From NCBI GenBank assembly GCA_001643675.2, contig LSRY02000004.1:1-64000 (forward strand): a DNA stretch of 64,000 nucleotides, given 5' to 3'. This DNA comes from Monocercomonoides exilis PA203. Taxonomy: Eukaryota > Protista > Preaxostyla. A program made the position numbers and the translations under genes. Below the pieces are notes generated by a model. It was not told where the DNA came from. It ran no database searches and saw only the letters and a program-made list of their open reading frames with translations. Shown here piece after piece: positions 22,101 to 32,905 of the stretch (within the stretch, counting starts at the first letter, position 1; every line of letters starts with the position of its first letter).

Positions 22101-25100
22101 GTGAGTGAGGGGCTTCTGATCAATTCTGTGGAGACAAGTTTCTCCAGAATCAAGTTTGTACTCGAAGCATCTTTGAATGGGAGGAGCGCCTTTATCCTCT
22201 CGAATGCTAATGTGCTGTCGATGACTGACTGCGCGGTTGTGCCAGCTGCTTCGGGTGCTTCTGTTTCGTATTGCCTTGCGAAGATCACAAGTGGAAAATT
22301 GTTAATAACCCGCTTTGCTGCTCCTCTTGTACAGAAGCTGAGTTTCGGCAATGCACCTTTTGTTGCCATCAGCGGAAGCGCCTCTGCAGATTTCGACACT
22401 TTGGATGTGAATGGAATGACGACTACTAGCAGCGATGGGCTGATATCTGTTGACTCGACAGGCACCACAACCATCAATAACAGCACATTCCACGGCTCAA
22501 ATCTCATCAGCTCTGCATTTGTCTCCAGCTCCTCAGGAACATATTCGATAACTATAAAGAACACCACTTTTGAAGAGATAAAAAGAACAGCAGGAGATGG
22601 TTCATGTGTGTTTCTGAACACCAGAAGTGGCTTTGCGAGCTCGTTCACAGCAAGCAACTGCACATTCACAAAATGCACAGCGACTGAAAATGGCAAAGGA
22701 GGTGGAGCCATTGCGCTTCACATCAACAGTCAATCGGTACTCACACTCGAGTCATCTGCATTCACGTCGTGTCAGGCACCTAAGCCAAGTGCAGGCTCAA
22801 AAGGGAAGGGAGGCGCCATTCTCATCGATTTCTCTGAAGTCAACACCAGATATCTTCTCACAAATACCCTGAGCTTTGCCTCAAACACAGCTGAGCATGG
22901 CAATGATTTGTTTGTGTCCTCTGTCGATCTGGCATCCAGCATCACCACAGCTGCCTTCCAGTTCTTCCGTCAAGATGCGCCATTTGCTCCTGAAAGCTGT
23001 GCTGGAACCGATTCCAAATGGCCGAGTGTTGTTATCCCTCTTGTGTTTTATCTGCTGCCTCGTGAGTCAGCGGTGCATGTGCTTTCAGAAGGAAACGATG
23101 TGTCTGCATGCGGATTCGCAGGTTATGGGTGTCAGACGATTACCTTTGCACTGACGCAGCGAACAGACAAGTTAGAAGAACTGATTGTGCATCCAGTCTA
23201 TGCACTCAGCGAGACAATCACCCCCTCAGGTACCAGCGAGATCACCTTTGAAGGAACAGTGGCAGAAACAAAGATGAGGATGATTGGCACCCAGACAGGA
23301 GCATCAGAAGCGATGATAAGAATGGAGCAAGCATCAGCATGGAAACATCTCGCCTTTTGCCTGCAGCCAACCATCCCCAGCCCTCAATCATCGGTGTTTC
23401 TTGTGTGCAGTGCAAATGCGATGCTCAATCTGGAGGACTGCTCAATACTAGCTGAACGAGGTGAAGAAAAATGCGCTTTTGGGTTTTTGAGTGTTGCTGA
23501 AGGCTCGTTTGCGATGACTCGATTCACAGTGAATTCAATCGGGTTCCAGTCAGCCGAGATGGTGAAAGTGTGCAGCAAAGGGAGTGGATCAATTGACTCA
23601 TGCACATGGATAAATATCACATCTGCTGTTGAAACAGGAATCATCGCATACTCATCAGCAGGCACATTGAGCATGCACAACACATCAATCAGCCAGTCTG
23701 CCTCTTCATGCTGCTCATTTCTGGAAGACAAGCACGGCAAAAGTCTGGTTGCTGAAAACAACACTTTTTCAGGGATCACGAAAAACGAAGGGAACGGAAG
23801 CGTGATCAAGACAGACATTGGAGAAAACGAGTCGCTGGAGCTGAACGACATCTCAGTTGATAGCTGTTCTTCGGTGAGGGGATGCGGTGGAGGGGTATAC
23901 ATCAGCACAAGCTCCTCTGCCAAAATTCGGATTGGCAAAGAAGGCACAGCCACAAGATTTACCAGGTGCAGCGCAAAGGGAACATTGCCAAAATGCGGAT
24001 TTGGAGGAGGAATATTTCTGAAGTGTGCAGACTGGCTGGCTGATCTTGTCCTCACAGCTGTTTCCTATGGAACAGATGGAGACAGTACAAGCAATGAAGC
24101 AGAGGGAGAAGGAAGCAATGTGTTTGTTGAAGGATACAGCCTGGACAAAATCGTCACCAATCAGTCATTCAAGTTCGATATCGACAAAGAGTCAACAGCT
24201 GAGTTTGGGAAGCTGTGTGGGTTTGAAGATGGGAATGTTTCGTATGCTATTCCTTTGGTTGTGTTTCTGCTGATGTTTGAGCCTCCTGCAATTGTAGGAG
24301 GAAACACTGGATTTGACTATCGGATGTGCGGTGTTTCGATATACCCCTGTGCAACAATCCCCTTTGCGATCTCCAAGCGCTTTCCAGCATCCAATTCATC
24401 TGGCGCATCCATCAGGCTGACAGCAGACTTTTCCTTCAAGGATGCCATATCTTTTGACACACAGCCAACAGAAGTGAGTGCTGAGCAGATTGGAGGCGTG
24501 ATTGATGTGAGGAGTGATGGAATGGGAGAAGGTACTGGATTGTTGTGCTCTTCGGTGAATGTGAAGTTCAGTGAAATTGTGTTTGGACTGCCAGGCTCAT
24601 TCGACGAGACCTCACGCACTTCTCTGTTTCTGTGCTCATCAGCCACTCTTACCATTCACAGATGCGAGTTTCAAAACAGCAGCAGCTTAGTTGTTGAGTA
24701 CAGGATCATATACGTAACAAGTGGGAAAGTGGAATTGAATGGATGTAAAATGAAGGACTTTGCAATGGGAAATGCTGAGATTATTGCACTTGATGGAAAC
24801 AATGCTGAATGTTCGATTGAAGGAATGGAAGCATCAAAGTTGAGCAGAGAAGAAGATGGAGCACTGATTTTGATTTCAAGTGGAAAAAAATTGACGATTG
24901 AGAACAGCAACATCGAAAATTCTACGATGGCTAACAACAACCACATCACAATTAATTCACTGGCAAATGGTCTTCTGAAGAATGTGACATTTTCGAATCT
25001 GAGCAGAACAAATGGGGACGGAGGAGTGATTGCGGGTGAATTGGGTGCTGGCGAGGTGTTGGGTGTGGAGAACTGCTCATTTATACGCTGTATTTGCTAT

Positions 25101-28100
25101 TCTGGGAGAACGATCGGAGGGTGTATGCTGATGGATGTGGAAGAAGGGGGCACATTCCGATTCGAGAGAAACAAAGTGGAGTTCTGCATTGTGTCCAGCG
25201 GAGATGGGTATGGGGGAGGGTTGTTCCTCACGTTTGGCTCTTCCCATCTCGATTACTCGATGAGGAACAACACGTTCGAGAACAACGGAGCATTGCGCGG
25301 GAAGGATGCGTATGTTGTCTGCGAAGAGCCAGGGGCAGCAATCCTTCTGATGTATTGGAATGGGTCAGCTTCTGAAGGCACTGCCCCTGACCGCCTGTGG
25401 GTGCGCCGTCTGTCTGAACCAGCAGACGGAGGTGCAACAATGATCGATTATCTGTTCCCTCCACCGACTTCGTTTGTGTTTGTGGATGGCAGTGCCTCGG
25501 CTGTTGAGAACTGTGGATCGAAGCGAAGCCCATGCACCTCAGTGGAGCTTGGCTTTCAGAAAATGGACTCCTCCCACACAATCATCCAGCTCGAAGGAAA
25601 CACCCCCATCGATGCTGTTGTGAACAGGCACGGAGTCTCACTCACCATCCAAAGCAATTCCACAACAAAAGCAATGATATTTGGAAGAAATGGAAAGTTC
25701 GAGCTGCTTGAAGGAAGTCGCTCAACCACTCTCACCTTTTCCAGGCTGGGCTTTGCGCTTCCATCGTCTCCCAATCCTTCGCAAGAAATAGGTTCACTTG
25801 TGGAAGTTAGCATTGGTCAATGCTCATTCTTAGATTGCACATTTGAGCAAGGAAGCAGCAGCAATTCCAACCCTTCGAAATGGATTGTTTCAGGAGGTGG
25901 CGGAGTTGTGCACTTTGACTCATGCACTTTCGGCAATATTCCATTTCAGACAGCTGGAGTTATTTTGATTGACGGAACATCGCTTTTGTTGGAGGCCTGC
26001 AGCTTTTCTTCTATCTCTTCTGATGCACGAAAGGGTTTGATAACTGGAAGCGGGAATTGCGATATAACGCTGAAGGATACAGGATTTGCGAATTGCGAGA
26101 CGACAAATGGACACATGTTAGAGATGACTCAACCGAAGTCTGTTGAAATCTCAGGGGCATGCACATTCGAAGGATGCACTTCGACAGAAGGGGATGGAGA
26201 GGCTCTTTATTGTGTTCTGGAGGGAGAAGGATCTTTGGTGATGAACAAAACATCAATTGTGTCTTGTGGGGTGAATGCTGTTAATGGGAGAGGAGGCGGA
26301 ATCTATCTCGATTTGAAGGAGAATGTCAATGCCTATTTGTTTTCTGATTTAACATTCAGCGGAAATGAGGCGTTTGAAGGGAAAGACATGTTTGTGAGAA
26401 GCGCTGATTTGAACGCGTCAATCATTCCATCTCTGTTTGATTTCGAGTATTTTGGAGCAGACGGAGAGATTAAAATCGATATGAAAGGAAGAGACGAAAC
26501 GCATTTTGTGAGCGTTTCAGCAGATCTGCTGTATTTTTTGGTGAAATATTCTTCGTCGACAATAAGCGTTGGATTGGCTGGAATCGACTTTATTGGGTGT
26601 GGAAAGGCAGAAATTCCATGTCGAACATTGCAGTGGGGTATGAATAATCTGCAGACATCAGAAGATTTGCGGTTGTGTTTTGTTGAAATTCTGGATGAAG
26701 TGGCAATATGCGAGTGCTATGAATTTGGCCTTTCTCAGCTCAGCATTGGATTGTCGTCTGCAGTTGATTCGCATGCATTTGCCAAACTGTCAATTTCTCA
26801 AACAGCAAGCGGATCGAGCCAATCAATTTTCAACTTGAACAATTCCCTTTCGTTTTCTTCTGTGCAGTTCCATCTGCCTGCGTTCTTCTCAAATGGACAG
26901 TCTTCCGTTGTTTCATCATCTGACGGATATCTCACCTTTAACTCAACCTCATTCCATTCAAATGCCACTTCTGCGCTGGAATATGTTCTTGTGCTGAGCA
27001 AAAGAGGAACAGTGGAGCTGTTGAATGTATCTGCTTCTTCGTTGGTGTTTGCATACAGCCCCTTCAGGCTTTCATCTTATGCCACACTTGAAAGGTGCAA
27101 TTTCTGCAACATAAATGCGCCTTCGAACATTGAAGGCGGCGCAATGTCTGTCTGTCTGGAGCGATCAGACCTGCTGCGTGTAAAGAGCTGCCAAGCAGAG
27201 CTGTGCAAATGCTCCACAGAAAGAGGCAGAGGAGGGTTTTTGCATATCGACTGCTCGAAGTCTGCAGCAGCAAAACCCTTCCGATTCGAAGGCAGCATGG
27301 TGTTTGAAGCAAACGATGCTCACCAAGGCAGAAACATCTTTGTTGTTTCTGAGAACTTAAACTCGTCAGTCTCTTTGGCAACATTTGCCTTCTCATTCGA
27401 GGAGATGAAGAGCGACAGCAACGCATTTGTGGGGAAAGAGGGAGAAGATGAATTGTGGGATTTGTTCCGATATTTGGTTCCTTATTCAGCTTCCGCAATC
27501 CATCTATCAGATGCTGGGGCAGATGTGATGAGATGTGGAAGCGCAGATGATCCGTGCTGCTCGTTCTGGAAAGGGATGCAGCAGATCAGCAACGAGGCCT
27601 CGCCAAAGCTCATCTCCATCTCCAAATCCACTGAAGTTACCAACACCTTCACTCTCTCCAACTTCACCATCCAATCAAGCTCGTTGGAGGAAGAAGAAAA
27701 ACAGGAGTCGATGCTTCTGTTTAGGGAAAAGGCAGGAGAAGTATCAGAGCCGTTTTTGCGATGCACAGCGGAACTGTCCCTAAAGTATATTTCATTGATC
27801 ATTGCATCGAGCTTCGACAATTCTGCTTCGGAAGTGATTTTGAGTGAAAGTGGGATGGTGTCTTTGGGGCAGTGCTCGCTGGGAGCAGAAGTTATGTTGG
27901 GAGGGATACAAATTAGCAGGTGTAGCTTTATTGTCTGCGTTAGAGGGCAGCTTTCACTTGTTGATGTGGCGATGAAATCAGCGAGCATTGGAAAAAGCGC
28001 AATTATTATGGGCACTGGTGTTTGTGAGATCAAGAACTTCACGTGCTCGTTTGTGAACATTTCAGATGGGAGCATCTTTGAGACTATGGAAGTGGCAGGC

Positions 28101-31100
28101 TCAGCAAAGGGGGTGAATGCGAATGAAAAAAGCGAATTGAGGCTGAACTCGTCAACAATATCATCAGTAAGCAGAACAGACAACGGGGCATCAGTTATCG
28201 ATAGCAAAAGAGAAAGAGATTTTTGGATTGAGATGGATGGGACTTCAGTGAGCGATTGCAAGGCGGGGCAAAGCCAAAAAGGAGGAGCTGTGTTTGTGAA
28301 ATTGGGTGAGGGCGGAAGATTTTCTGTAATGAGATCTACGATGATGCGGTGCTGCTGCTCAGACGAAGGGAAAGGAGGCGTGTTTTACATCGAGGCAATG
28401 AGAAGCGGGGTGCTGGACTTTGTGTTCCAGAGCGTGTCGTTTGCAGGGAACACTGCAAAGGTGGGGAACGATATTTATGTGTCGTGCCAGAACATAACAG
28501 CACAGATCAATGAGACACAGTTCAGGTTTGATCTGCGAGAAGGGGTGTATGTGAGGCAGAATGCGATCTATGGAATCGATGCAACAGATCACATAGCAGA
28601 TACAAATCTCATGGACTTTATCACAATCTACCAGTCAGACACGATTGTAGTGTCGTCTCTGAGCGAATATGGAGGGGAAAACGAGAGACAGTGCGGCACA
28701 TATGTTCTGCCTTGCTTGTCGCTGGGTTATGCCATTTCGCATGTGACTTCAGATTTTGATTCACGTCTGATTGTCGACGGAGGGACCTTCATTGAAGAAG
28801 ATCTCACGCTGGATAGGCTTCTTCTTGCTTCGCGATCGAAGTCTCAGAGCAACGTAACAATAAATTCCATCGCATCATCAGCGAATGAAGCTGTGATTGC
28901 AACTTTGGAAGCTGTTTCGATTGCGAATCTTTGGTTTATTTTTGAGCAAGATTTTGTATGTTCACATTCGTCTTTCATCTCTCCTCGTTGTGGAGTGGTT
29001 GAGCTGGCAAACTGCTCGTTTTCATCTGAATCGAGCCTTCCGCTGTTTTCTCTTTTAGACTTCAGCGAGGGGAATGGAACAATAACCTCCTGCTTATTTT
29101 CGTCGCTCACTCTTCTGTCTTGTGTTATCCATGTTTCTTCTTCGTGCTTTGTTTCTGTAGCCTCTTCCGAGTTCTGCTTGATGAGTTCAGCTGCCGGAGC
29201 AATAGTTTGTGAGAACAGCAAAGAAATCAGTGTTGCTCACACGAAGTTTGCAAACAACTCGATTGCCTCATCTTTTGCCTCTTCAACAGCAAATCCCTTG
29301 ACATGTATATCTGCATCTTCAGTTGCGGATATCATACTTTCAAATTGCTCTTTCTGGGGATTACCACACACGATGGACAGAGGAATTCTGGTAAAAATTT
29401 GTGTGTGTCCGAAAGTTCTGTTTGATCTTTGTGAATTGGAAGGAAATAAGAATTCAGAAGTTATGGACAACAGCATCTGCAATACAAATGAGCTGTGTTC
29501 GTGGAATGGCTCACTTGCAGATGTGCAAAACAGCACCTCTACGATGAAAGATACCACGATTGCAAACAGCTCGATAGGAGGAATGAGCGTGTTTGGAGGG
29601 AGCATGATGATTGAAGATGGAAAATTCATGAACAACAACCCGAAGATAGAAAATTATCAATCAGTTCGGAGAAATATCGTTTGCTCAGGCTCAGGGTTGT
29701 TGAAGGTGGCAAGTGTGAAAGGAGGAGACGGAGTGAAGGAGGGGTCGTCGTTGTGGGTGCTGAACGAAGGGTGCACACTGGGCGGGATAGCAGAAGAAAG
29801 AGAATCAGTGTTTTTCATTCCGGAACTGGAAAATGTGGAGGCGGAGGAGGATGGGAGTGTGACGAGGCTGAAGTTCGTTGGGCTGCTTCTTGTGCCGTGC
29901 AATCTGTCGTTTCGGGTGGTGAAGAGGGTTGGGTCGGAGGAGTTGGTGGAGAGATACTCGTTTGAAGAGGGAGGGTTTGTATCGGAGGCAGAAGTGTTGG
30001 GGGCAGTGCCTTCAAAGACGATTTATGAGGCAGGAGAGGAGACAGAAGTGTCGGTGTGCATTCTGTTTGGAAATGCAGAGACACCTTCTTCAACAAAAGC
30101 ATTTGTTTTGAAGAACGGAAGCGATCCGAAAGCAAGTGGTGATGGAAAGCTTGCTGAAGGAGGAAAAGATGGAAAATTATCATGGGCATTGATTGTGATT
30201 GTGATGTTTGCTGTATTGTTTTTGATTGCTTTTGTTGGATTTATTTTGTTTGTTGTTCGGTGGAGAAAGCAGAAGAGAAGGACAAAAGAGCTGGAGGTGA
30301 TTGTGGAAGACACAGTGAGGAAGGATCCGAAGACGTTTGAGATGGTGACGATGGAGATGTCGCCTGAGGAGCAGTGGCGAAGAGCAGAGAGGGAGGCAGA
30401 GAAGAAGAATGAAGAGAGGATAAAGAAAAGAATAAATGACAAAATAGAACACTCTGAGTCATCGGAGCATCTTTTAAGTGAGAATGGATCGACTGAATAT
30501 ATCCTTGGGAGAGACTCAGACAAGATTCCTCAATGGGCGCTGGAGAAAATGGAAGATGAAGATAAGGATGAGGAAGATACAAGAAAGAGAACACCCTCAC
30601 CTTCCATTTCATCCACTTCGACCACAGACACTTTAGACACAGACTCTTCTTTTATTCGCGGGGAGGAACTGTGTCCAACCACCTCGTCGATGTCGAATCT
30701 GGTGGATGCGATGGCCTGCTCATCTCCTCATGAGAAACTGATTGTGGATCTGAGGGATTCCCTGTTCATGCTTCTTCACGGAAGGAACAAGACAAAGGAG
30801 ATGCCGATCGGGTCGCTGGAGGAGAGAGAAGTGACAGCTGCGCAGATCCTGTTCTGGGTGGCGAATGGGGCGCTTCACTCCTTTGAGAATGATAAATTTG
30901 ATCTTCCATCCTTAATAAATCTAAGCCCTCACATTGTTTTGTTTTCAGAGCACATGATAATTGCCATTGTGCTTCGCTCGGGCTGCTCTTCTTCTGATGA
31001 GTCTGATTCATCTTCAGTCTCGTCATCCTCGATTGCAACATCTTCGTCTGATATTTCGTTGAAGAGCGAGAGGTTCACCGACTCGCCACCACCGTCGTCA

Positions 31101-31496
31101 GCGTTTGAGGATGATGAAGATTATTGGAAGGAGTGTTTACGGTGGAAGGCGCCGGAGCTACTTTCAAACAAAAAATTGGGAGCAGAAAGGAAAACTGTTG
31201 CATTTTCGATTGGAATGATGCTGTGGGAATGTCTGAGCTTGAAGATTCCGTTTGGAGAGTTTGAAGCAAAAACAGCTGGGCAAAAGATTATGAATGGAGA
31301 AAGGCCTCCATTTGTTAGTATTAATAATTCATCGTTGATAAAAATTGTGGACGAATGCCTATCGTTTGAACCTCTGAAAAGACCAACTCTTATCAATCTC
31401 AAAAGAGAGTTCATTCAGATGTTTCCTGATGGATCTGCAATGCTTACTGTTTCTGATGCAATAGATATTTGTATTCAGTCAGATGTTGAACAATAA
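19188..31496 (+). CDS. Giant (~4100 aa) single-pass surface protein: beta-helix/GGA(I/L)-type repeats, CG-x4-PC modules, TM helix, C-terminal kinase-like (pseudokinase) domain
   Basis: Intronless 12.3-kb ORF. Signal-like N-terminus MNFILKQVIFVVLFFGIC. Repeated GGAI/GGGIY..F..N.A..G.D and CG...PC motifs. TM WALIVIVMFAVLFLIAFVGFILFVV followed by RWRKQKRR. Kinase C-lobe motifs RWKAPE, FSIGMMLWE, IPF and RPTL, without recognisable HRD/DFG. Confidence 0.9.
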   Translation: MNFILKQVIFVVLFFGICFKSENICRKNEYVNQESSSNIFHSSLNNFPQTCFKPISFASHYLQNYIYKTELHSASVFVCNASLILVSMKLVYLSEQTSLNVDLRSHLKIIHCHMHFGTKQFSIDLRDGFLYCNNISVSCYSSSKFMFPIVSSPEVISPTQPTCSITLCSSMFSSLILKGGPLLSSSTVSSVELFQTIFINFTNTNFRSEKQPLCFCNSLISSCSFVSTQNVFYGGIVRSINNDLSSLISFNNSYSNCSRTLQLDQNLMTRKINPTSQTFDHDLWNETFAEGQQSNWSTVDSNGGAISLYAQKNTEITVTNCNFLKCGAKSSGGALFCSDGKQFIVENSTFDSCFAQTVYGGAVFMHTFNHCARVSGCSFRNCSSYGYGGSLYLYLSDLAMLECIPFIFEDKKSNVYDCTFHRSSVSTTHGGALCIPCGVHLCLICSIRFTNCSANSHGGGLRYRYDQNSGNNVKVGFFLFFHNCQCLTSNVDSGGHDVWFDCQFQKQSESPLVSSFSTNVNNQRICYGDPVLSFPMDWVNNGTVARFISHDGTNEPLNCGLTKERPCLTIEYALLSLSDDISWKIVLTSDISPLSQIFIGNRNIIVDQEPGNSFSINSASLSSQISLFDIFSGSLTILSLFIIHDNLETPSPSLFTMNSFDSNLCLEGVTIMTENNSHSSFSSPLFNIFLSKVSFISVTIKHFTLSCSLFNEMQSSQVIAQTVSNITFQNITCKNGNGCLYSKNVISREHLEVLNITAEECSCLDGDGGCFFLLISENGRLTIGSALCLFNSCTVSTDDEKMRKGGAIYLRLREGARDFQLKSVQFSECNGWKGKNVFIESAELLRTANTNTIGFHPVIGIGITDFDELSGVENGDQSFIFPLALFLRNFTSPAYVSGQSTDNDYRLCGYSDYPCQSVEGASAARFANTKRNIRFLPSFSFRTETLLNSQSYGFDAEEDSMSINVGSSQAKVSEGLLINSVETSFSRIKFVLEASLNGRSAFILSNANVLSMTDCAVVPAASGASVSYCLAKITSGKLLITRFAAPLVQKLSFGNAPFVAISGSASADFDTLDVNGMTTTSSDGLISVDSTGTTTINNSTFHGSNLISSAFVSSSSGTYSITIKNTTFEEIKRTAGDGSCVFLNTRSGFASSFTASNCTFTKCTATENGKGGGAIALHINSQSVLTLESSAFTSCQAPKPSAGSKGKGGAILIDFSEVNTRYLLTNTLSFASNTAEHGNDLFVSSVDLASSITTAAFQFFRQDAPFAPESCAGTDSKWPSVVIPLVFYLLPRESAVHVLSEGNDVSACGFAGYGCQTITFALTQRTDKLEELIVHPVYALSETITPSGTSEITFEGTVAETKMRMIGTQTGASEAMIRMEQASAWKHLAFCLQPTIPSPQSSVFLVCSANAMLNLEDCSILAERGEEKCAFGFLSVAEGSFAMTRFTVNSIGFQSAEMVKVCSKGSGSIDSCTWINITSAVETGIIAYSSAGTLSMHNTSISQSASSCCSFLEDKHGKSLVAENNTFSGITKNEGNGSVIKTDIGENESLELNDISVDSCSSVRGCGGGVYISTSSSAKIRIGKEGTATRFTRCSAKGTLPKCGFGGGIFLKCADWLADLVLTAVSYGTDGDSTSNEAEGEGSNVFVEGYSLDKIVTNQSFKFDIDKESTAEFGKLCGFEDGNVSYAIPLVVFLLMFEPPAIVGGNTGFDYRMCGVSIYPCATIPFAISKRFPASNSSGASIRLTADFSFKDAISFDTQPTEVSAEQIGGVIDVRSDGMGEGTGLLCSSVNVKFSEIVFGLPGSFDETSRTSLFLCSSATLTIHRCEFQNSSSLVVEYRIIYVTSGKVELNGCKMKDFAMGNAEIIALDGNNAECSIEGMEASKLSREEDGALILISSGKKLTIENSNIENSTMANNNHITINSLANGLLKNVTFSNLSRTNGDGGVIAGELGAGEVLGVENCSFIRCICYSGRTIGGCMLMDVEEGGTFRFERNKVEFCIVSSGDGYGGGLFLTFGSSHLDYSMRNNTFENNGALRGKDAYVVCEEPGAAILLMYWNGSASEGTAPDRLWVRRLSEPADGGATMIDYLFPPPTSFVFVDGSASAVENCGSKRSPCTSVELGFQKMDSSHTIIQLEGNTPIDAVVNRHGVSLTIQSNSTTKAMIFGRNGKFELLEGSRSTTLTFSRLGFALPSSPNPSQEIGSLVEVSIGQCSFLDCTFEQGSSSNSNPSKWIVSGGGGVVHFDSCTFGNIPFQTAGVILIDGTSLLLEACSFSSISSDARKGLITGSGNCDITLKDTGFANCETTNGHMLEMTQPKSVEISGACTFEGCTSTEGDGEALYCVLEGEGSLVMNKTSIVSCGVNAVNGRGGGIYLDLKENVNAYLFSDLTFSGNEAFEGKDMFVRSADLNASIIPSLFDFEYFGADGEIKIDMKGRDETHFVSVSADLLYFLVKYSSSTISVGLAGIDFIGCGKAEIPCRTLQWGMNNLQTSEDLRLCFVEILDEVAICECYEFGLSQLSIGLSSAVDSHAFAKLSISQTASGSSQSIFNLNNSLSFSSVQFHLPAFFSNGQSSVVSSSDGYLTFNSTSFHSNATSALEYVLVLSKRGTVELLNVSASSLVFAYSPFRLSSYATLERCNFCNINAPSNIEGGAMSVCLERSDLLRVKSCQAELCKCSTERGRGGFLHIDCSKSAAAKPFRFEGSMVFEANDAHQGRNIFVVSENLNSSVSLATFAFSFEEMKSDSNAFVGKEGEDELWDLFRYLVPYSASAIHLSDAGADVMRCGSADDPCCSFWKGMQQISNEASPKLISISKSTEVTNTFTLSNFTIQSSSLEEEEKQESMLLFREKAGEVSEPFLRCTAELSLKYISLIIASSFDNSASEVILSESGMVSLGQCSLGAEVMLGGIQISRCSFIVCVRGQLSLVDVAMKSASIGKSAIIMGTGVCEIKNFTCSFVNISDGSIFETMEVAGSAKGVNANEKSELRLNSSTISSVSRTDNGASVIDSKRERDFWIEMDGTSVSDCKAGQSQKGGAVFVKLGEGGRFSVMRSTMMRCCCSDEGKGGVFYIEAMRSGVLDFVFQSVSFAGNTAKVGNDIYVSCQNITAQINETQFRFDLREGVYVRQNAIYGIDATDHIADTNLMDFITIYQSDTIVVSSLSEYGGENERQCGTYVLPCLSLGYAISHVTSDFDSRLIVDGGTFIEEDLTLDRLLLASRSKSQSNVTINSIASSANEAVIATLEAVSIANLWFIFEQDFVCSHSSFISPRCGVVELANCSFSSESSLPLFSLLDFSEGNGTITSCLFSSLTLLSCVIHVSSSCFVSVASSEFCLMSSAAGAIVCENSKEISVAHTKFANNSIASSFASSTANPLTCISASSVADIILSNCSFWGLPHTMDRGILVKICVCPKVLFDLCELEGNKNSEVMDNSICNTNELCSWNGSLADVQNSTSTMKDTTIANSSIGGMSVFGGSMMIEDGKFMNNNPKIENYQSVRRNIVCSGSGLLKVASVKGGDGVKEGSSLWVLNEGCTLGGIAEERESVFFIPELENVEAEEDGSVTRLKFVGLLLVPCNLSFRVVKRVGSEELVERYSFEEGGFVSEAEVLGAVPSKTIYEAGEETEVSVCILFGNAETPSSTKAFVLKNGSDPKASGDGKLAEGGKDGKLSWALIVIVMFAVLFLIAFVGFILFVVRWRKQKRRTKELEVIVEDTVRKDPKTFEMVTMEMSPEEQWRRAEREAEKKNEERIKKRINDKIEHSESSEHLLSENGSTEYILGRDSDKIPQWALEKMEDEDKDEEDTRKRTPSPSISSTSTTDTLDTDSSFIRGEELCPTTSSMSNLVDAMACSSPHEKLIVDLRDSLFMLLHGRNKTKEMPIGSLEEREVTAAQILFWVANGALHSFENDKFDLPSLINLSPHIVLFSEHMIIAIVLRSGCSSSDESDSSSVSSSSIATSSSDISLKSERFTDSPPPSSAFEDDEDYWKECLRWKAPELLSNKKLGAERKTVAFSIGMMLWECLSLKIPFGEFEAKTAGQKIMNGERPPFVSINNSSLIKIVDECLSFEPLKRPTLINLKREFIQMFPDGSAMLTVSDAIDICIQSDVEQ

Positions 31497-31835
31497 GAAA
31501 TTTCATCCAGAAATTTAATCTGTGATTAATAGAAAGATTTTAAACCAAAATTATGATATATATGTATTTAAAGAATTATATTTATTATTATTATTATTAT
31601 TATTATTTTCTATATGTAATAGTTTGTAGATTTATTTTTATTTGAATGAAAATCAATTATGTAGTATTTATGTAAATTATTTGGATTATTAATATGTTAA
31701 ATTTAATTCTTTGAATTCTTTATTCTAATTGGATCGTTAGTTATGATCCTTTAAAATTATATATTTATAGCGCACAATTCACAAAAATCAAAATTGATCT
31801 TAATTATTTTCCCATTTTAATATTTATTCAATTTA

Positions 31836-32874
31836 ATGAGCAGCGATACTCTTAATTCGCTTTTTAAATCTCTAAAAAATGAAGATGGATTTTCAGAACT
31901 CAACAAAAAGTTTGAATATTTAGAGAAAAAGGTTTGCTTTTCATGTCACATATTATTATAATTTGGAATTATTGTTCATATGTGTAATATTATTTAGAAA
32001 GAGCAACAAGAAGTCGAGCTTGAAGCTCATGAAGTTGATAAAATAAACCGTCAGCAGGCATACTCTTCAACAAAACGTTCAATGAGAAATTGGCAAGGAT
32101 TTGTGATGGATCAACGAAGGGTTTTTTATCGATTTTTTGAAGTTTTGAATAAGAAACTAATAAATATACTATGTTTTTTGTAATTCAGAAAGAATCTGTA
32201 TCATTTCCTTTGAATTTCCAGACCAGAAATACGCCAAATCTTGCTGGATTTTCAACATCAAAATCAATACCTTCATTAAAAACAAAGCTGGAACTTGATC
32301 TCGAGCAAGCTCTTCCGCATGAAGAAAAACGAGGGAAAAAATCTAAATTAATTAAGAAAATGCAGCATGGAGATCCTCTTCCAAAAATTCAAATTACACC
32401 TGAAGAATTCAAGGAGAAACAAAGGCATTTGGCAAAACTTCGAGCTTTGCTATCATATCAAGCTGTAAAAGGAAAAAGACAAAACAAAATTAAAAGTAAA
32501 AATTATCGAAAAATGAAGCGAAGAGCAGAAGAAGATAAACTTAAGAAACAATTGGAAGGATCAGAAGCAGTGAAAGGAGGGACTTTTACAGGTAATTTAT
32601 CTTTAAAAGAATTGAAAAAAATAGGAGCTGGAGGTGATCTTAAAGTGGCAATAGAGCGAGCGAAGCTTGACAGAGCAAAAGAGCGAGCAACGCTTAAACA
32701 TAAAAATACATCACGATGGATTCAAAGACAACTCAGACTAATGAAAAAAGGAGGAGGAGGGAATAAAATGATTGGAGGTGGAAGAGAAGCTGTTCTAGAG
32801 CAATTAAGGAAAGGTGAAGAGCTGCGAAGAAAAATTGGCTTGGAAGAGGAGGAAGATGAAGAAGATGAAGATGA

Positions 32875-32905
<31 letters not shown>

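Noticed and set aside
19673-31414. Numerous antisense and off-frame ORFs within the giant gene and other long CDSs
   Set aside because: Shadow ORFs arising from codon bias; no independent features.
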